From: Pedosphaera sp.
GTDB lineage: Bacteria > Verrucomicrobiota > Verrucomicrobiia > Limisphaerales > UBA9464
Reading direction: 5' to 3'
NCBI GenBank assembly: GCA_009695205.1
Contig: SIBK01000001.1
Coordinates: forward strand, 48,690-112,689
DNA: 64,000 bases
The notes beneath the pieces were generated by a model. That model was not told the DNA's origin, searched no databases, and saw nothing but the letters and a program-made list of their open reading frames with translations. Shown here piece by piece: positions 58,724 through 64,000 of the stretch. Each line of letters opens with the position of its first letter. Position 1 is the stretch's first letter. Made by a program: the position numbers and the translations under genes.

Positions 58724-60142
58724 ATGCCCTACCGAATCATGCTTCCTATCCCGCCCCGTGTCACCTCGCCCCGTCACTGGTTGCTCGGCCCGGCGTACTA
58801 TGCCCAACGCGATCCGTTGCGCGTGATTCCGCAATGGATCCGTGAGTGCGGCGACATTTTCACGATCACATCCCCGTTGGGAAAGGCAGCCGTGGTCGCC
58901 ACCCCGGAACTCGCGCACCAGGTGTTGGTCGCACGCTCAGCCCGGTACCAGAAGAAGAGCCGCGCCTACGCCGTGCTCCGCCTCCTCTTGGGCAACGGCT
59001 TGGTCACGAGCGAAGGAGAATTCTGGCGCGGGCAACGGAAACTCGTGCAACCGGCCTTTCATCGCCGCCGGCTCGACGCGCTCTTCGGCATGATGGTCGA
59101 GCGCGTGACCGACTGCATCGAACGGCTCGCCCTCGATGCTTCGGGAACCGTCCCCGTCGATATGACTCCGATCCTGTCGCACCTCACACTCGATATTATT
59201 GCGCGGGCGATGTTCAGCTCCGATGTCGCAGGCTCGGCGGCGGACGTGAGCCGCCACATCGCCATCCTCAATCAGTATGCATTGCGGCTGCTCCGGCAGC
59301 CGTGGCTGTTCTTGTTGCCCCGAGGAATCCCCACGCCGTTCAACGGCGCACAAGTCCGTTCCTTCCGGGGGCTGAACCGGATTGTCGCCGATATCATCCA
59401 AGCCCGCCGCAAGGAACCCGGCGCGCACGATGACCTGCTGGCCATGCTGTTGTCCGCAGTCGAGGAGGGCACAGGGCGCGGCATGACGGACGAACAGCTC
59501 CGCGACGAGGTGATGACCATTTTTGTGGCGGGGCACGAGACGACGGCAAATGCCATGGCGTGGTTGCTCCATCTCGTTTCCCAAAACAGCGCCATCGAGG
59601 AGCGATTGCTGGAGGAGATCGACGCGCACTGGCCGGCCGGCGGGCTGACGCTGGAATCTCTCGGTGCGTTCCCCTACGTGCGCCAGGTCATCGAGGAATC
59701 CCTCCGCATCTACCCCTCGATCTGGTCGATCGGCCGCCAGTGCACCAAGGAGGATGAACTCGGCGGCTACCGGATTCCGGTAGGGATGAACGTCGTGGTG
59801 CCCATCTTTTACTTCCACTGGAGCGAACGTTATTGGGATGAACCCGGGGAATTCGAACCGTCACGCTTTGCACCCCGGCACAGGCCGTCCGCGGAGCCCC
59901 TGATCTATTTCCCGTTCGGCGCCGGTCCGCGAAGCTGCATTGGCAACCATTTCGCGCTGCAGGAGCTGATGATCCTGACGATCCTGCTCCATCGCAATTA
60001 TCAATTCCTATCCGTCCCGGGCTTCCGAGTCGAGCCCGACCCGCTCATCACATTGCGGCCGCGCTATGGGATGCAATTGCAGGTCCGTCCGCGTTCGGAG
60101 CATCGGACCTCGCCTCAGGAATCCGAACCTCGTGGAAACTAA
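58724..60142 (+). CDS. Cytochrome P450
   Basis: GNGLVTSEG, AGHETTA, EESLR, F-P-RF and heme motif FGAGPRSCIG. Confidence 0.95.
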   Translation: MPYRIMLPIPPRVTSPRHWLLGPAYYAQRDPLRVIPQWIRECGDIFTITSPLGKAAVVATPELAHQVLVARSARYQKKSRAYAVLRLLLGNGLVTSEGEFWRGQRKLVQPAFHRRRLDALFGMMVERVTDCIERLALDASGTVPVDMTPILSHLTLDIIARAMFSSDVAGSAADVSRHIAILNQYALRLLRQPWLFLLPRGIPTPFNGAQVRSFRGLNRIVADIIQARRKEPGAHDDLLAMLLSAVEEGTGRGMTDEQLRDEVMTIFVAGHETTANAMAWLLHLVSQNSAIEERLLEEIDAHWPAGGLTLESLGAFPYVRQVIEESLRIYPSIWSIGRQCTKEDELGGYRIPVGMNVVVPIFYFHWSERYWDEPGEFEPSRFAPRHRPSAEPLIYFPFGAGPRSCIGNHFALQELMILTILLHRNYQFLSVPGFRVEPDPLITLRPRYGMQLQVRPRSEHRTSPQESEPRGN

Positions 60143-60212
60143 GTAGCCCCTCACGCGACCTCTGTGGCCACCCTCCCCGCATCGGATGTGGGGAGGGCAG
60201 AGGTGAGAGGCC
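60131..60212. repeat. REP-like dispersed repeat overlapping the P450 stop codon
   Basis: CGTGGAAACTAAGTAGCCCCTCAC...CCCTCCCCGCATC-G-GATGTGGGGAGGG...GTGAGAGG. Confidence 0.65.
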
Positions 60213-60284
60213 TGGGGGTGTCGCGCTTACGCCAACGACCCCGCGCTTGCCACGCCGACGTGTTTCGCGAAAGCTCGCGTCCAC

Positions 60285-61409
60285 ATGCCGTTCACCTCGC
60301 TCATGCAGAGTGCTCCCGGACCGGAGACCGTCATCGATGGCGCGCGGTATCTCTATTTTGCCGGCACCAGCTATCTCGGCCTCGCCGCGCACCCGGAGGT
60401 CATCGAGGCGGGGTGCGATGCCATGCGCCGCTATGGGGTCCATACGGCGACGACGCGAGCGCGCTTCGGCACCAATCCGCCAGTGCGCGAAGTTGAGCAG
60501 CGCGCGGCTGAGTTCTTTGGCACGGAGGACGCCTTCTACTTCAGCAGCGGCTACGTGGCGAACCACATCATGGTCGCCGCGCTTGCGCCTGAAGCGGAAT
60601 CGGTGCTGGTGGACGAGGCGGCCCACTATTGCGTCATGGAAGCGGCGCGCCTGACGGGGCTGCCGGTGGAAATGTTCCGGCATCGCGATGCGAAGGATCT
60701 CGCACGGCGGGCGCAGAATAAGTCCCGCGTGCTCGTGATGGCCGACGCAGTCGGGCCGTCCAGCGGCACGCTCGCTCCAGTTTTGGACTATCTGCAGGCG
60801 CTGGCGGGATGCAACCGGGCGCTGCTGCTGCTCGACGACGCGCACGGCTTCGGCGTGCTCGGCGACAAAGGGCGCGGCCTGCTCGACGAACTCGGTCTCT
60901 GGCCTAGGGCGAACCGCTTGCCCGCGTTGCAAGGCGTGAGCCTCTTCGTCTGTGGCACGCTTGCCAAGGCGCTCGGCGGCTTCGGAGGAATCATCCCCGG
61001 CACGCGCGAATTCGTGGCCCGGGCGCGGGTGTCATCACACTATTTCGACGGGGCGAGTGCGCCTGCCTCCGCTGTCGCCGGCGCGACGGCAAAGGCGTTG
61101 GAAATCGTCGCCACCGAACCTGGACTACGAACTCGACTGCGTGAAAACACCCTCCGGTTGCGCGCCGGATTGCGCCGGCTGGGACTCGACGTTCCAGCGA
61201 GCACGACAGCGAATCTGGGTGTAACCGTGGGCGATGAGTCCACGATGCGGCGCATCCACGAGGCGTTGAAGGCCTGCGGAATCATGGTTCCTTACGTCGG
61301 CACCTACAGCGGCATTCCTCCCGAGGGCGTGCTGCGGTTCGCGGTGTTCGCCAATCATACGGATGCTCAAATCGACCGACTGCTTGGGGAACTCCGATCC
61401 ATCCTATGA
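60285..61409 (+). CDS. PLP-dependent alpha-oxoamine synthase family enzyme (BioF/Kbl/SPT-like)
   Basis: YLGLA-HP, SGYVAN, FRH-D, DDAHGFG and TLAKALG (PLP lysine) motifs. Confidence 0.85.
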   Translation: MPFTSLMQSAPGPETVIDGARYLYFAGTSYLGLAAHPEVIEAGCDAMRRYGVHTATTRARFGTNPPVREVEQRAAEFFGTEDAFYFSSGYVANHIMVAALAPEAESVLVDEAAHYCVMEAARLTGLPVEMFRHRDAKDLARRAQNKSRVLVMADAVGPSSGTLAPVLDYLQALAGCNRALLLLDDAHGFGVLGDKGRGLLDELGLWPRANRLPALQGVSLFVCGTLAKALGGFGGIIPGTREFVARARVSSHYFDGASAPASAVAGATAKALEIVATEPGLRTRLRENTLRLRAGLRRLGLDVPASTTANLGVTVGDESTMRRIHEALKACGIMVPYVGTYSGIPPEGVLRFAVFANHTDAQIDRLLGELRSIL

Positions 61410-61455
61410 AATTCCCGCTGCGCAAGCAGCCCGCACCCCGAAACTAGATCGCACC

Positions 61456-62483
61456 ATAGAACTCCGCCTCCGGGACCTCCGCCTGCCCATGCGTCACGCG
61501 TTCACGATCGCGCTGGGCACGACCACCGTGCAGCACAACCTGCTTGTCGAGCTGCAGCAGGATGGCATGAAGGGCTATGGCGAAGGCGCTTCGTCCCACG
61601 CGTACCACGCGTTCACCGCCGATTCCATGCGCGCGGCGCTCGAAGCAGCCCGTCCGCAGATCGAACACGAATCGCTCGACGACCCCTCAACTCTCTGGGA
61701 CCGCCTGCTGCCGGTGCTGGGCCACAACCGCTTCGCGCTCTGCGCGCTCGATCAGGCGGCGCACGACCTGTGGGGCAAGCTGCGCGGCGCGCCCGTCTGG
61801 AAGCGATGGGGGCTGGAGCTGCGCAACCTGCCGTTGAGCAACTACACCCTCGGCATCGATCCGATTGAGAAGATGGTCGCCAAAATGAAGGAATTCGACG
61901 GGTGGCCAATCTATAAGATTAAGCTCGGCACGCCCGACGACCTCGCCGTTGTCCGCGAGCTGCGCCGCCACACCGACGCGGTGTTTCGCATCGACGCGAA
62001 TACCGCCTGGAGCGTGGAGCAGACTCTCGCGCTCGCGCCGGAGCTGAAGACGCTAGGCGTGGAGTTCATCGAGCAACCCTTGAAGGCGGATGATTGGGAG
62101 GAGATGCGCCGCGTCTTCCGCGAGTGCCCGCTGCCGGTGTTCGCGGATGAGAGCTGTCTCGTCGAAGAGGATGTGCCGCGCTGCGCCGGATTCTTCCACG
62201 GTATCAACATCAAACTGACCAAGGCGGGCGGGCTCATGCCTGCTCGGCGGATGATCGCTCGCGCCCGGGAGCTCGGTCTGCGCGTCATGGTCGGCTGTAT
62301 GAACGAGAGCTCGGTCGGCATCAGTGCCATCGGCCAACTTCTCCCGCTGCTCGATTATGTAGACATGGATGGCGCGGTTCTTATCGCCCGGATATCGCCA
62401 CCGGTGTATACTTGGACAAGGGTCGCGCGATTTTTCCTGACGAGAATGGCAACGGAGTCCGGTTGCTGGATCCTATTGAATGA
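61456..62483 (+). pseudogene. L-Ala-D/L-Glu dipeptide epimerase (enolase superfamily) with a degenerate start and C-terminal frameshift
   Basis: GYGE, KIKLG, DAN, EQP, ADES, NIKL-K-GG, GCMNES and DMDG motifs. ATA at 61456 precedes ELRL. A frameshift near 62390 restores DIATGV...NGNGV...* ending at TGA 62481-62483, which overlaps the next ATG. Confidence 0.8.
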
Positions 62484-63686
62484 ACCCGCTCATCCCCGCA
62501 ACCGATCACACCAGCCTCTGGGCTATCATTGCCGTGGGGACGGCCGTGGCGGTCTGGCTGGAGCAGACGTATCGCTGGGCCGCGCGGCTAAGCGGGCCGG
62601 TGCTTGCGTTGATCATCGCGATAGCGCTGGCGAACACCCGCGTGGTGCCGACGGAATCGCCAGCCTACGAATTCGTCGGCGACTGGCTGGTGCCGCTGGC
62701 CATCCCGCTGCTGCTCTTCCGCGCCAATATTCGTGAGATTTTCCACACCGGCGGGCGGATGTTCCTGGTCTTCCATATCAGCACCGTAGGCACGCTGCTC
62801 GGGACATTCCTCGCAGTCTAGCTGCTGCGCGGGCGGCTCGGCTCGCCGGACACCGAGCACGCCGCGGGTATGATGGCCGCGAGCTATATCGGCGGCGGCG
62901 TGAATTTTCTCGCGCTGAAGGCCAGCTACGGGGTACGCGCCGAGGATCTCAAATCCGCTCATTGTCTCCGACAACTTCGTGATGGCGGGCATCTTTGTCA
63001 CACTGCTCGGCATCGCCGCGAGCCGCTGGTTCCGGGCACGTTTCCCGCATCCGCACTCGCTCGATGCAGACGCCGAGGTCGCGAAGACCCTCGCCGCCTC
63101 ACACTGGCAGCGGAAAGGCATCGCGCTGATCGACGTGGCAAAGTCCTTCGCCTTCGTGGCCGTCGCGTTGGCCGGCGTGGCGGGACGCCTGACAAAAAGC
63201 GCGTTTGGCGATGTGACGCACGGGGGCATGGGCCTTCAGACGATCGCGGTGCTTTGTACGAATAAGTTCGTCCTTCTCACTTTGGTCGCACTGGCGATGG
63301 CCACGGTCTTCTCCCGACCGCTGAAAGAAGTGAACGGCCCCGAGGAGTTCGGCAGCTACCTGCTGTCGCTGTTTCTCTTCACCCTCGGCCTGCCCGCTGA
63401 TCTCGTAACCGTGCTGACGCAGGCACCGTTCTTCTTCGTCTTTTGCGGCATTATCGCCGCGGTCAACCTCGCCTTCACGCTCTCCGTCGGAAAACTTCTT
63501 CGCCTGAACCTTGAAGAACTCCTCCTCGCCGTGAACGCCAACCTCGGCGGTGCTCCAAGCGCCGCGGCAATGGCTATCGGCGCCGGATGGTCGCGGCTGG
63601 TTTTGCCGGGGATCCTTGTGGGCATATGGGGCTACGTGATTGGCACGCCGATCGGGGTGCTGGTGGTGGAGTTGCTCCGGCGTTGA
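62480..63686 (+). pseudogene. DUF819-family membrane protein with an internal stop and a frameshift
   Basis: LVPLAIPLLLF, TAG at 62819-62821, ASYIGGGVNF, a frameshift near 62951 before NPLIVSDNF, then ANLGGAPSA and PGILVGIWGYVIG. Confidence 0.8.
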
Positions 63687-63773
63687 AATCCATCGCGTCC
63701 GGTGGCCGGGTAGAGCTGAAATTAGAACGGATGGAGTTGGAAATTTTTTCCAACGTCGTGCATCTTACCCAAT

Positions 63774-64000
63774 ATGGCCAATATCATTGCCCCCCCACCT
63801 TGGCGGATCCCCGACTCGCTGGTAACTCCTGAAAGTGTCTATCGCAGCCGCCGCCGGTTCCTCCGTCATTTGGGTTTCGGTGCGGCCGGCACCCTCGCAC
63901 TTGCCAGTGCAGGCTGTGGAAATTCCGAATCGGCCGTGCCACCGGTTTCCTCCGGCACGAATTCAGCCGGTGGATTGGACGCCCCTGCTGCTGGAGTCGG
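63774..64000 (+). CDS. msrP: Probable MsrP (YedY) periplasmic methionine-sulfoxide reductase, 5' part only
   Basis: Not in the ORF track. MANIIAPPPWRIPDSLVTPESVYRSRRRFLRHLG shows the TPE-VY--RRxFL Tat leader typical of MsrP; the catalytic domain is outside the window. Confidence 0.7.
   Translation, partial: MANIIAPPPWRIPDSLVTPESVYRSRRRFLRHLGFGAAGTLALASAGCGNSESAVPPVSSGTNSAGGLDAPAAGV

Noticed and set aside
61363-62736. 457-aa ORF as a single intact epimerase
   Set aside because: The N-terminal 31 aa overlap or precede the likely start, and the tail after DGAVLIA is out of frame and runs over the DUF819 gene.
16016-62821. Amber (TAG) recoding or pyrrolysine readthrough suggested by three in-frame TAGs (iscS, iorA, DUF819)
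   Set aside because: TAG ends conserved genes at their expected C-termini (glyQS, rsmE, hprK, czcA). The same clusters also carry TAA, frameshift and deletion lesions, so pseudogenisation is simpler.

Overview
GC-rich (roughly 60% by eye) bacterial chromosomal window, probably Verrucomicrobiota (Pedosphaerales-like). This is inferred from the prepilin-type protein, lamin-tail/CotH proteins, sulfatase and alpha2-type GlyRS. Housekeeping genes include prmC, murA, topB, glyQS, rsmE, dnaJ, grpE, argC, rpsI, rplM, pgk, hprK, an rlmN-like gene and tRNA-Val(GAC). Accessory content includes two decaying gene clusters (xdhC-mocA-iscS-iorA/B, and AOS-dipeptide epimerase-DUF819), a czcC/czcA efflux pair preceded by a CxxC/polyproline leader-like ORF, two giant secreted CotH proteins and a GHMP kinase-UDP-sugar pyrophosphorylase fusion. 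The strongest unexplained signal is a 32-bp palindrome (CAACCTTTTGTTGCA-NN-TGCAACAAAAGGTTG) present three times. Two copies tightly bracket a PaaX-like gene (Cas2-like middle domain) next to tRNA-Val. The third sits inside a REP/MITE-like element upstream of the DUF485-actP operon. All calls come from reading the sequence by eye; no searches were run.
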